DNA from: Yuukianura sp. NJ FZ-2021
Lineage: Eukaryota
Assembly: GCA_046563655.1 (NCBI GenBank)
Contig: CM102283.1
Coordinates: forward strand, 7,998,001-8,062,000
Direction of reading: 5' to 3'
DNA: 64,000 nt
Below are positions 26,900-38,881 of the stretch, piece by piece. The notes beneath the pieces are model-generated. The model searched no databases and was not told where the DNA came from. It saw only the letters and a list, made by a program, of their open reading frames with translations. The first letter of the stretch is position 1; each line of letters begins with the position of its first letter. Made by a program: the position numbers and the translations under genes.

Positions 26900-27499
26900 C
26901 GAAGCACGCCATTACATCAGAAAAAAGACATAAGCAGAAAAGACATAAGCACCAAACACATAAGCAGGAAAGACATAAGCAATGCAAAGACATCAGCACT
27001 GTAAACACATCAGCACGAAACACATAAGCAGGAAAGACATAAGCATGTCAAACACATCAGCAACGTAAACACATCAGCAGATCACAAATTCCTCCGATAT
27101 TAATTTGAACTGCATTGACGTTTTTTTTTAATTTTTTAGTGAATGTAGTTATATAAATAACGTTAAAATTAAGGTTATGGTCATCTTTAAGTAAATACCA
27201 TATAGTAGGATTAGTTACGTAGATTCTGTTAAAAATCATTAGGTTAGGTTTGGTTAGCACACGAAACTGCTCGAAACGCCACAATGCAATTTTTTTTAAT
27301 TTCAGAGGAATTTGTGATCTGCTGATGTGTTTAGGTTGCTGATGTGTTTGACATTCTTATGTCTTTCCTGCTTATGTGTTTCGTGCTGATGTGTTTGCAG
27401 TGCTGATGTCTTTGCATTGCTTATGTCTTTCTTGCTTATGTGTTTGGTGCTTATGTCTTTTCTGTTTATGTCTTTTTTCTGATGTATTGGCATGGACCC
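26900..27499. mobile_element. 600-bp non-autonomous foldback/MITE with ~190-bp TIRs and an 8-bp TSD
   Basis: Arms 26905-27094 and 27305-27496 are reverse complements built of ~15-bp AAA(G/C)ACAT(A/C)AGCA subrepeats. ATTCAGTT is directly repeated at 26892-26899 and 27500-27507. Confidence 0.9.
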
Positions 27500-27592
27500 A
27501 TTCAGTTTTTTCCCAACTTCGTAAACTATTCTACGCGAATCTCTCAATATATTGCGAAGGAGTGGACGACAAACTTCATTCAGGAGAGTTGT

Positions 27593-28359
27593 TCAATAAG
27601 AAATATTCTTCAGCTTCCTCAACCTGTTGTACAGAATGGATACGGCAAATTCGATGGCTGATATATCCTGCAGTAATGAAATAATCATTTAGTTTCAGAG
27701 GTTCCGTAGATTGTTCAGTTAATTCGTTATTTTCTTACGCCAAACTGAATAGATGAAATTGGTGGATCCTGATATCGCTCGCAAAATGTGTCAAGTTGCG
27801 TAGTAGACAACATTGATCCAGCAGAACGCTAAGTTAGAATGGAAACTTATGTAAAATATTAATTTAAGTAGAACTTTTTTTTTAAATCTTTACCTACCTG
27901 TGTGAGGTAAATTTCGACCCGGCGTGAAGCCAGAAACATGACATGAACTCGGGAGAATTCAGTTTCGGCTCTATCAAGGCAACTTTGTTCAGCAGGATTG
28001 AGCAGTAACAACAAGTAGTCCAACCTTTTGTCCATTATGTCTTCCAAGTACATGTTCAACGTTGGGACCATGAATATTTCTATACCGATCGTTCGCTGTC
28101 CTAAATTGTCTGCAATTTTTTCTTCTTTCTCAGCCCTCCGGACGATAGTCTCAGCCAGCAATTTCGTTTCATACTTTTCGCCAATAAGCTTCACACATAC
28201 AGAAAAAGAATCAAAGAAACGAAAACATTGTTATGAAATACCGAAAACGTTTAAATAATTTGAAATTACCAAAAGGCGGATGTTCCTCAATCCCTTTTGT
28301 TTTGATCCATCTTGATCCTCTAGCACCCATTGGAGTAATGGGGGCTTGGAAGAACTCAT
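27593..28359 (-). CDS. Hypothetical helical protein, about four exons, divergent from VPS52
   Basis: MSSSKPPLLQW...IRLL|LIGEKYETK...YLTQ|RSAGS...QFG|DISAIEFAV...ISY* assembles through GT-AG sites. No family recognised. Confidence 0.45.
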
Positions 28360-28989
28360 TAGGTAGTCGTTCGTTGAGGTCAAATATCAATGTTTAACAA
28401 GGTGAGGTATCAGCTACTGAATCCTTGACGAATCTGCAATTAACCAATTAACGACAAGTCGATTACTAATGGACAAACGACAAAGAAAAACAATACACAT
28501 AACTCACACAATTTATCTTTTTTTTTTTTTAGGTTTTGTTTTTGTTTGTTGTTTTTATAAATTTGGCGGAAAGAAATTCCCTCGCTGTCAAAATCGTCTC
28601 AAGTAACCCCAGTACCAAATGCCCACAAATTCAAAAAAATATGAAATGAAACGCGGGAAATTAGTTGTCAGTATTGAATATTATTCTGCAATGTTTACAG
28701 AAATTTACCAGATAATCAATCAATTAGTTAATTAGAATTAATTAATCACAAATGAATGAGTACCTTTTTATCAGTGAGCTAATTGACAGTTGACTGTACG
28801 AAACTTTAATTACAAACGGTAAGTGGAATTTTGAATCGAACGTCGGTAATTGGTTAAAGCGAAATGTAAAACAAAACAACACCCGCAGAATTTTTTAAGT
28901 AACAAACATCAAGCCAATTTTTGTTTAGTGACATTCTGATTTCTCATTTCAGCTCCTCAGAACCAAAAGTGAAGAATTTGTGTAGAACC

Positions 28990-31494
28990 ATGGAGGATAG
29001 TTCAATTGCTGGAGATCTGTTGGACTCGGTTAGTCCAGAAATTGAGTATTTAGTTCGGGAAGCACTGCAAGCTCAAGGGGATTTACGAGAGTACTCGAAA
29101 CATATCGAAGTGGAACTTCACGAGGTAAACGTTTTTAATACGAATCTAAAGTTTAGGTCTTCAATTGCAAGTGGGTTTAGTGTCATGATTTCTTTTTACC
29201 TTTACTTGTAGGCCGAAAATGAATCGATCAAGGACTACATCCGGGAGAGTGAAAATATTAACGTTTTACACAATCAAATTGACGAATGTGATAAGATTTT
29301 GGAGCAAATGGAGAAGATGCTGTTAGGATTTCAATCTGAGTTGGGATCTTTGTCAAATGAGATTGAAACGCTACAAAGGGAGTCGATTAGCATGAGCGTT
29401 CAGCTTGGTAATCGACAGGCTGTTCGCGGAGAGCTTTCACAATTTGTAGATGACATGATGGTTCCGGAATACCTCATCAAGTGAGTTCTAAAGGTCATCA
29501 GATCATTACTTGTTTTGTTAATTTTTGTTTTTGTCCAGAACAATTTTAGATGCGCCTGCGACCGATCCATCTTTTATTGAGCAGTTGAGAATACTGGGAC
29601 ACAAGACTACCTTTGTAACAAACGCAAGAGAAACGCGGGCTGCCAAGGACGTTATGGATATTATTCAAAAGCTAACTATCCGAGCGACGGCTAAAGTTCG
29701 GGAGTACATCTTGCTCCAGATCAACAAATTCAAGAAACCCGTTACGAACTACCAAATTCCACAGAATGGAATTTTGAAGCATAAGTAAGACATCACCGTA
29801 CTTTATTCATTCATAAATCATAAGTACATTTTCCAAAATTCATCACCATGCAACTCTTAAATATTGCAGATTCTTTTACGAGTTTCTGTTACACAACGAG
29901 CGTGTCGTAGCGAAGGAAGTGAAGGACGAATACATCGAAACCATGAGCAAAGTATATTTTTCCTACTTCAAAGCCTATGCTTCGCGACTGGCAAAGAAAC
30001 AAACTTCAGAATTGCCCAGTAAGGAACACGTTCTTGCTGCCCCGGAAGAAGTCAAAGGAAAAAATCCATTCTTCTCACTGGGTTCTCGTGCTGATTTACT
30101 AAACGATCTGGAAGCTCCTGCTGTTATTCCACATGCCTGGAATGGTCCACCGTTACCTTACGAATCTGTCTTCCGGTCACTCATTTTCACCCTAGTAGAC
30201 AACGCTTGTCGAGAGTACTTGTTTCTTGGGGAATTCTTCCTACAGAAGGCACACGAGTTGATGGATTTGTTTCATCTTGTCATGGGAAGAAGTTTAGCTC
30301 ATATTTTGGTAAACCAGAAAAAAATCTCGATTATAATTTTCAAAATTTTGAAAATTTGTTTCATAATTGTGTTTCCCTGCCTTAGTCGGTAGTTGAAGAA
30401 GGAACGTCGAGCAATTGGGACACAATTGGAATCCTCCTGTGCGCTCACATCGTTCTGCGACTGCAACTTGTTACTCATAAACGAGCCGTTCCAGCTCTGG
30501 ACCACTTTTTCACGGCGTGTCTTAACTATATTTGGCCAGCGTTTGAGCGATCAATTCATGCCAATATCAATTCGCTTCAGGCCTGTACAGTTATGCCGCT
30601 GGATGTCATGCCGCATTACGTAATTGAGTATCTTTAGTTACGTTTTTTTTTGCCAATATTTAACTTTGAGTTAATTTTTTTTAGATCACCCGACGATATG
30701 CTGAGTTGAGCTCTAGTTTAACAGTCATAGATGCTGGATTTCCAAAGGAAAATGTACGGAAGGCCATTCGATTCTTACAAGAAGACATGTACCAGAACAT
30801 ACTTCGAATGGCGGCAGCATTTCAGGAACGTTCGAAGCAACTCGTCTTTTTAATCAACAACTACAATCTCATTCTCTCAGTGCATTCGGTATGAAAGATG
30901 CAAGTACAATTTTACAAGATTTTGCTTTAAACAAGACTAGGATTTTGCTAAAACTGCCATGTTTTGTTTTCGATGTTTAGCAAAAAGGCCTGGAGCCAAA
31001 GGAATCTGATAAGTTCCGAGGCGGTCTAATGGCTACAAATTCAGAATACGCTGAGGAAATCTTGTCTCCGCACTTTGGTGAATTGATTCAATTTGTGAAA
31101 GAAGCAGAACGTGAACTTCAATTAGGCAATGTAAAAGCTGTGCAATCTGAAGAAAGTAAGCTCAGGGATTTACAAAAAAGAAGATTTTTTAAAAGTTCTT
31201 GTGACTAAAATTCTTTGTTTTTTTATGTAAGATCGAGTACTGCGGATTATCACTGGATTTTCAAACAATTGGAGACTGGCGCTGGATGCAGTGAATCGAG
31301 AAGTGATGACATCGTTTCCCAGTTTCCATACTGGAGCAGGCGTCCTTCAACAGGCACTGACATTGTTAGTACAATATTACCATCGATTCCAAAAGATTCT
31401 GAGTGAAGTTCTGCCATCACTGGCTTCTCGTCAGGATCTCGTCAATATTCATCAACTTATGGTGGAAGTGAAAAAATACAAACCCAACTACTGA
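28990..31494 (+). CDS. VPS52: Vacuolar protein sorting 52 (GARP/EARP subunit)
   Basis: DLREYSKHIE, SIKDYIRESENI..LHNQI, FQSELGSLSNEI, KKPVTNYQIPQ, EYIETMSKVYFSYF, LVDNACREYLF, LVFLINNY and C-terminal VEVKKYKPNY*. Confidence 0.95.
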
Positions 31495-31790
31495 TGGGTT
31501 GAAGAGCACTTTCTGCAATTTAGGTAATAAATGGAACGAGGATTGTTCCTTGCCAAGGTCAATTCACCTTTACTTGTCTAGCGACGTAACGAATTCATCA
31601 TTTAGAAACACTTGTCAATTAGTGGTTAGTTATTAATCGTCAATTATTAATTGCAACATGTTAGGTGGATTAAAACGGGTAGAATTCTGGAATCCAAAAC
31701 ACAATAGCTGCAGGCTAGAAAATATAAAAGCTTATCTCTATTTTCTACTTTTGTCGTTAAAAACGAATTAGGACCAGATTTTTGGTTGAG

Positions 31791-32020
31791 GTAAGGTTTA
31801 ACACCCGTCTTTGTAGCTGTACAAAGTTGCTACTCTGCCATTTTTAGTGGTTTACAATGGATGGCTACACTGTGTGGCAACATATGTTGCCAATTTAGAT
31901 TAGGTTATGTTAAAGTGGCTACTTACGTCGTGACTCTTGTGTAGCCACCCATTGTATTTGTAACTACTAAAATGACTTATTGGCTACACTATGGGTACAA
32001 TAGCTGTGGTTAATCCTTAC
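31791..32020. mobile_element. Short inverted-repeat element upstream of M64 copy 2; a related copy lies at ~58879-59110
   Basis: Ends GTAAGGTTTAAC ... GTTAATCCTTAC with internal TAGCCAC/GTGGCTAC motifs. The same left end and motifs recur at 58879. Confidence 0.5.
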
Positions 32021-32048
32021 GGCGACAATTTTTAGCTTCAGAATCACA

Positions 32049-34549
32049 ATGTGGAGTCAATTAGTTTGGGTGTTGCTGTATTGCGGTACAAAGTGGTAAG
32101 ACATTTATTAAAAAACTTAAAATTTTGGAACACAAATTCATTAAAAAATTTTGCTTTTTAGTTTGGCTGACGACTATTATGTAAAGTTGAGACAAAGTGG
32201 AGGGAGCCACTGTCTCATTTTGTCAGAGGAGAAGATACAGCGCTACAGAGGCTACGCAGATGACTCAGAAAATGCTGTCTCCATTTCAACCAAGTCGGCC
32301 GTATCATATCCAGCAGATTCCAATATCCGAACGCATTCCGAAGACAATGACCTGCTAATTGAAATTTATGCCCGGAAGAAGGAAAACGTTGATGCATACG
32401 TTCAGACGCACTGCAAAAGTACTTCCCACGTACAGCCACTTATACTTCGAAGTTCAGAATCAAAGCCCGAAATTGTAAAAATCGTGGACTCAGGAAATCA
32501 GAGCAACCGAATCGATTTGGTTTTTATGGGAGACGGTTACACAAGCAACGAACGGCAAGGTTAACTTTTATTAAGAAGCAAAAGCTACTTTATGCATGGA
32601 CCTTGTCTGTCTGTCTGTCCGGCTCTTGCAAACAGTGAAACTATAAAATAATGTCTTTTTTTATTACAGATTTTTTTGATGATATGAACCGACTAGTGAA
32701 GGACATGTTTGAGGCCACTACGTTCCGTTCCTATTTGCCACTGTTCAATATTTGGGCTATTTTTGTGAAAAGCGTTGACTCTGGAATTGGGTACACAAGA
32801 CCACGGAATACAGCATTCAGACTTCATCGCGATGCTGGCCAATTGCGAGGCATCTTTCCTGGTAACGACACAGTTTTCGATATTTCGATAGTTTTCGATA
32901 TTTCCAGTTGATGAAAAGTGTATCTAACTTTTTTGACATCTTAAAACCTTTTCAGGCAATCCATCTCGTGCTCGCCAAATTTGTGCGCTTACTGGACCAT
33001 CGGGTTATACAACTTGCACAATTTTTTTTTAAATTGTTCTAAATTTATGTGTATTGAAATCTAGGATGCGATTATCCAACTTTGATTGCAAACGATGATT
33101 ACTACGGAGGCTTGGGCGGCGAATTTGTCATTTCCACTAGAAGCAAAAGGACTGGGACGATCGTACTTCGCCAGTAAGATTTTATGCGAAAAAGGTTATA
33201 AGTCGCAAGCAAGGTTCCTAAACAAAAAAAATGTTTGTTTTTTCTACACCAGGTTGTCCAATAACTCCGATGTTTTCCATTTTGTCAAACAATTTGAAAA
33301 AAAAAACTTTTTCCTATGGTAATTATTTAGCAATGGTAGTTGGGAGACAAATTGTTTGAAGCAAAATTTTTGCAAACCCCGAGTTATTGGAGAACCTGTT
33401 GTAGGAAATACAATTCGGTTGTCAAGGAACCTTGGTCGCAAGTATTCTTGCTACTGTCATTCCGTTTGTTTTGTTTAGTGAAATGGGACATAACTTTGCG
33501 AACGTAGGAGAGGAGTATGACAATGGGTACGTCCGTATAGTCGAGAAAATTTTGTATTTTTTTTTTTCGCAATTTTGATTTTATTATTTAGTTATATGTA
33601 TTCCGGCGTAAATTCAGCGCGGACTGTTACATTTTTGGGTTGGAAGCACTGGCTAACTGGAGAAAAGCGTGAAGAACGAGCAATATTTCGACTGAATGCT
33701 TATCCATGGAAAGATTTGAGCAAAGGAGACTTTGAAAAACAGTTCAGTTCGGATGGAAAATACTTTCGGTGGAACATCATGGTCACAGTTTCAGCTGCTG
33801 GAGAGGCAGATTCACTCGAATTCCGATTGGACGGTGAAGTTTTACCTTGGAAGTCAACTGGCTATGACGATCGAGAATTTTATAGATGGACAAGCAATGA
33901 AGGATTTACAAAGGGACTTCACACGTTCAGTGTCCGTTCCAAAACGACTCCAACAAATTCAAAAATTCCACGCATGATTTGCTCTGTCAACATTCACGAG
34001 TATGGAAATGAACAAGAATTTCATGCTGACAATGAGTACATCAGTGCCTATCCAACCTGGAACGTTTATGGAGTCAAGTCTTTTCGTCCAGGAAATGAAA
34101 AATGTGACTCAAAATTTTCTTGGAAAATATTTTTTCAACTTATTTTTGAGCAGATTTTGAAACTGTTTGATTTTTCAGGTCTGATGAGAAATATGAGCAG
34201 CACTTCGTTCTGCAGCGTCTGCAAAGAGGGCATGTGGCATCAGTTTTTCAAAAAAATTTCTCTGATTGACAATGTCACTGTGGATGAAAATGGACCAGAC
34301 ATGAAGAAATTGACTGTCCACACTTTAAAACTTGGTCAATTGCGGGATCCTACTCATCAAATTCCAGGAGAAAAACTTAACGTGTGTTGGCATTTGAACG
34401 GAAAAGAAGTCGTGAGTTTGCGCGACCAGTTTGAAGTTTCCGCTGCTTGTGGATCAGGGACATGGACTGTCCGTGTTACATTTGTTACTCCCGAGGTCAG
34501 GTCGGATCCCAAAGGACTTTTGACAGCCACGCTATCAATTCGCATTTAA
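32049..34549 (+). CDS. Secreted M64-family (IgA peptidase-like) zinc metallopeptidase, copy 2
   Basis: Signal peptide MWSQLVWVLLYCGTK..LA, then NRIDLVFMGDGYT, TFRSYLPLFNIWA, CDYPTLIANDDYYGGLGGEF, VLRH|EMGHNFANVGEEYD and CLMRNMSSTSFCSVCKE. Eight exons, frame intact. Confidence 0.88.
33245..33403. mobile_element. TA-flanked MITE in an M64 intron
   Basis: TA-CACCAGGTTGTCCAATAACTC ... GAGTTATTGGAGAACCTGTTG-TA inverted ends. Confidence 0.6.
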
Positions 34550-34987
34550 ATAGCCTACTGATACACTTTTGAACATTGTAAATTTTCAGTTTCTGAAGTG
34601 CTTAAAAATGTTTTTGACAAATGGACTTGAATTTTATCAAAATATTTGTTTTCTGGGTAATCCCAGATTAGAAAATATCACGGGTGTGAAATGGCACTTG
34701 ATGATGTCAATCTTAGCAGCATTTTTTTAAAATATACTTTGGGTTATCTTGCATTAGCACCATTGTTTCAATACTAAAAGGGTCACATCACTTTCATAAT
34801 TAGAACAAAAACCACTTGTAACTCAATGCATGCTGCAAATGATAAATGATAAGTTAACAAAAATCTTCAAAAATTTCCAATTTTTAGCGTCAGACTGCAC
34901 AAGTATTTTGCTCGAAGAGCATAGAACTTGAAATCAGATTTTTGAAATTCAGGAATTTCAGATTTTTGGTATTTTTACGATACCGGA

Positions 34988-37618
34988 ATGCTGAAGCAAC
35001 TTTTTCTGGTTGCGTTACTATGCGCCAGTTGGTAAGTCCGACCCCATTTTTTAGAAAAATTTTTAAAACAGTTATTAAAGTTTAAAATGTTTAATATTTT
35101 GGTGATTTAAAATTTTTGAGCTTAGTAGCGTAACAAAGTGTTTTTTTTTTGTAGTTTGGCTGAGGACTACTATGTAAAACTTCGTCAAAGCGATGAAGAC
35201 AAGCACTGCATCATTTTGACAGAGGAAACCATCCAGCGCTACAAGCGTTTCAGCGATCCATCAGAAAACGCTCTTTCCATTCGCACGAAACCAGCCGTGT
35301 CATATCCAGGAGACTCCGGTATTGGGAAGCCCACTGGAGACAAGGATCTCATCATTGAAATTTTTGCCCGAAAGAAGGCAATTCTGGACGAGCATGTGCA
35401 AAGTATCTGCAAAAGTACATCTCAAGTGGAGCCACTTGTGTTCCGAAGTCCAACTTCTGGAAAAAAAGTTGTCCAGGAACCAGAGGTTGTCAAAATCGTA
35501 GATTCTGGAGATCAGGCCAACCGAATTGACGTTGTTTTCATGGGAGATGGCTACACAATTGATGAGAGACAAGGTAAACATTTCTATTTTTCAAAATTTT
35601 GATGGTTTGGAACTTAAAATGGTGGATTTTTTTTTTGAATTTCAGAATTTTTTGATGATATGAACCGACTGACGAATGACATGTTTGCCACGACGACGTT
35701 CCGTTCATACTTGCCAGTATTCAACATTTGGGCAATTTTTGTTGAGAGTGTTGATTCTGGAATTGGCTACAATGGACCACTCAACACGCCGTTCAGACTG
35801 TTCCGAGAAGGTGGAGAATTGCGAGCTATTTACACTGGTAAGTTTAAAAATTTCGAAATTTTTTTAAATTTTGAAGAAAAAAAAATTCGGTGCATCCCTT
35901 GACTCACTGTTATACTTTTTGTTTTGCAGCGAGACCAGGCTATGCTCGAGAAATTTGTCAACTGACAGGACCTTCAGGTTAGCTGATTTTTTTTTTCTCG
36001 ATTTTCTGGAGTTAATGATCGCTCTCTGCAGTTCCAAAAACTACTCTGAAATTTTGAAGGAATTTGAAAGTGAAATTTAAAATTTGGAAATTTGTGTTGC
36101 AGGTTGCGACTATCCAAGTTTGATTGGAAATGACGACTACTACGGTGGACTGGGTGGAGAATTTGTCATTTCAACGAGAAGTACGCGTACTGGAACAATG
36201 GTACTCCGACAGTAAGTTTTTAAAAATCTGAAATTTCAAAATTTTGCACACAGATTCAAAAAAATGAATTTCTGATTCGAATTTTTTCTCTAGCGAAATG
36301 GGCCACAACTTTGTTGATGTTGGAGAGGAGTACGACAATGGGTAAATTCCAGCACATACCATATAAAAATCTTTTTGGAAAAATTCAAACTGTCAATTTT
36401 GAAATTTAAAATTTGAAATGTTTGTGTGTTGTAGATACGTTTACTCTGGAGTGAATGCTGCCCGTACTGTCGCAAGTTTGGGCTGGACGCACTGGTTGAC
36501 CGGCGAACAACGAGAGGAACGTGCCATTTACCGACTGAATGACTACCCATGGCTGGATTTGAGCACTGGAGAGTATGAGAAATCCTTTACTTCGGATGGC
36601 GACTACTCTCGATGGAAAATTGTCGTGTCCGTTTCTGCTGCAGCAGAGGCAGATTCACTCGAATTTCTACTGGACGGAGAAGTTCTGCCCTGGGAGACTT
36701 CTGGCTATGACGATCGTGAATTTTATGACTGGTTTGGAAACGAAGGCTTCACTGCTGGAAGACACACGTTCGGTGTTAGATCTAAAACGAATCCAACCAA
36801 TCCCGACGTTCCGCGCATGATCTGCTCTATCAACATTCACGAGTATGGAAATGAGGAGGAGTTTCATGCTGGACCGGAGCATGTCAGTGCTTACCCTACG
36901 TGGGACTACTATGGAGCCAAGACCTTCCGTCCAAATAACGAAAAATGTTAGTTTCAAAAAAGTTGAAAGAATTCTTATAATTTTTATAATTTTTTTAACC
37001 TAAGTTAATAAGTAGCGAAAGCTACTTCATAATCTTATATATCTCTGTCTGTCTGTCCGCCTCTGCCTGCCTGCTTGTAATTCTCTCTGTCTGTATTTCT
37101 GTCTTTTTTTTTCTGTACGTCATTTTTGTCTGTCTGTCTGTCTGTTTGCCTGTTCAGCTCAATTATCATTGCTTGAACTACTTTTTTATGTGCGGTTTTT
37201 ACAACCAGTTTAGTTTGCTAAACTTTTCCTTTCTTTCTTTTTTTTAGGTTTGATGCGAAATATGAGCAGTCCATCATTCTGCAGCGTTTGTCAAGAGGGC
37301 ATGTGGCACCAATTTTTCGAAAGGATTTCCATCATTGACGGTGTGACTATTGAGGACAATGGCGCAGACGCTAAGACCGTCACTGTCAATACTCTCAAAC
37401 TCGGTCAACTGCGAGATCCATCACTGCCAGTTCCCGGAGAGAAGCTGGACGTATTTTGGTATTTGAACGGAGAAGAAGTCGTGTCAGAGAGAGATAAGTT
37501 TGCAATTTCAGTTCCCACTGGGTCAGGGTCATGGAGTGTCCAAGTGACCTTTAGCACTGCAGAGGTCAGATCGGATCCTGATGGACTCATGACTGACTCT
37601 ATCGCATTTGAAGTCTAA
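34988..37618 (+). CDS. Secreted M64-family zinc metallopeptidase, copy 3
   Basis: Signal peptide MLKQLFLVALLCAS..LA, then NRIDVVFMGDGYT, LFREGGELRAIY, VLRH|EMGHNFVDVGEEYD and CLMRNMSSPSFCSVCQE. Intron positions match copy 2; frame intact. Confidence 0.88.
37005..37160. repeat. Interspersed repeat carrying (CTGT)n microsatellite; related copies at ~32570-32625 and ~46335-46370
   Basis: TAAG(T/A)AGC(G/A)AAAGCTACTT followed by TCTGTCTGTCTGTCC is shared between 32572 and 37009. A reverse-orientation GACAGACGGACAGACAGACA occurs at 46337. Confidence 0.55.
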
Positions 37619-38207
37619 AAACATCGACAACTTTACAGGAATATAAAAACATTTTGTCAAAATTTCACAATTTGGCCAAACAATTAAAAAAAAGTGAAAT
37701 TACATGAATAATTCCCCAAAAAAATTTGGAGATTCTTCAAGGTTTCGTTCTATTTACAAGAATGACATCTATAATTTCAGTTTTTTTGAAAAAGTTCTTG
37801 TACTTTTTTGATTAAGTGCTGTGATTACATTAAGATAATTGAATTTAGAGTGTAATGAACCACTTTAGGTGTGTGGTAGCACTTATCCTTCAAAAGTGTG
37901 TATAAGGACATTCACTTTTAAAAAGGAAGGGAACCAGTTTACCTTGAAATTTTGAAAATTTTGAATTCTTTGTGTTTTTTGTTTCGACAGGGCAAAATTC
38001 TGGGTGTGAACTAAAATGCATGATTAATTGGAATTTACCAAAACAATTTCTCACATTTAATAAACTAAAACCATTTAACTTAACTTTTAAATTTTTTGCA
38101 CACATAGGATACTTTTTTGCTCAAAAAATTAAAATTTTAAAGTTTTAGTAAATTTTTTGAAATAAATTATAGGACAACGACCATAATTTTGAAAGTAATT
38201 GAAATTT

Positions 38208-38881
38208 TTAGGTTGCAGTGGGCGTGGCCGTGGCTGCGCGTGCTCTCAGTCTTTCAGCCAGTGCTCGTGCTCGCTTGCCGATATTTTGAAAGAACAGACC
38301 GATTCGGCGACCAGCTCGGTACGCGAAACTGTCTTGGTTCGTCTCCAGTCTCGGAATTCGGAACCGACCAATCCGCTCTCTCAATTTACTTGCTCGTCCA
38401 GTCACATTGAAGTTTCTTACAAAATCAGCCAATGGACTTGGACGCGCCGCCGCTGCCGTTCCTCTTCCAGCCAAAAATGCTTGGACCAATGACGGCCTAC
38501 CGCTGCTGGACGCCGGAGTACTGCCAGCACCGATACTGAACGGTCTGAATATATTAAACGGACTTGCAGGTTTCTAGCATCCAAAAAACATAAATTCAAA
38601 ATTTCGATTTTTTTTGAATTTTTTTGTTTAATTACCGCTGGAGCTTCCGTGGCTAGATCGTTGCTACCTCCACTGAAATCTTTGTTTTCAGCGTCATTCA
38701 AGCTCAGAATGGCCAGAGGGGGCGGAGCTTCCGAAGATTTTTCTTTGTCGCTTGATCCTTGTGTCAGCGTCAGCAGGACCGGAGAATCTCCGTTGTCATC
38801 GTTACTGTCAAGAGAGTCATCTTGACCTCTGACACTGCTGCAAATCAGTACCAAAGCTACTGTCACTTGTAGCCACTTCAT
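38208..38881 (-). CDS. Secreted 203-aa protein: signal peptide, acidic pro-like region, Arg-rich C-terminal region
   Basis: Exon 1 (38881-38636, MKWLQVTVALVLICSSVRG-QDDSLDSNDD...) joins through a 62-nt phase-0 intron to exon 2 (38573-38208, ...SKLRERIGRFRIPR...RAGRRIGLFFQNIGKRARALAERLRAR...). Confidence 0.75.

Noticed and set aside
27302-27684. ORFs with KDIS/CL repeats
   Set aside because: They are by-products of the foldback element's subrepeats.
32049-37618. M64 genes as bacterial contamination
   Set aside because: They contain spliceosomal introns and host MITEs, match host base composition, and are contiguous with VPS52.
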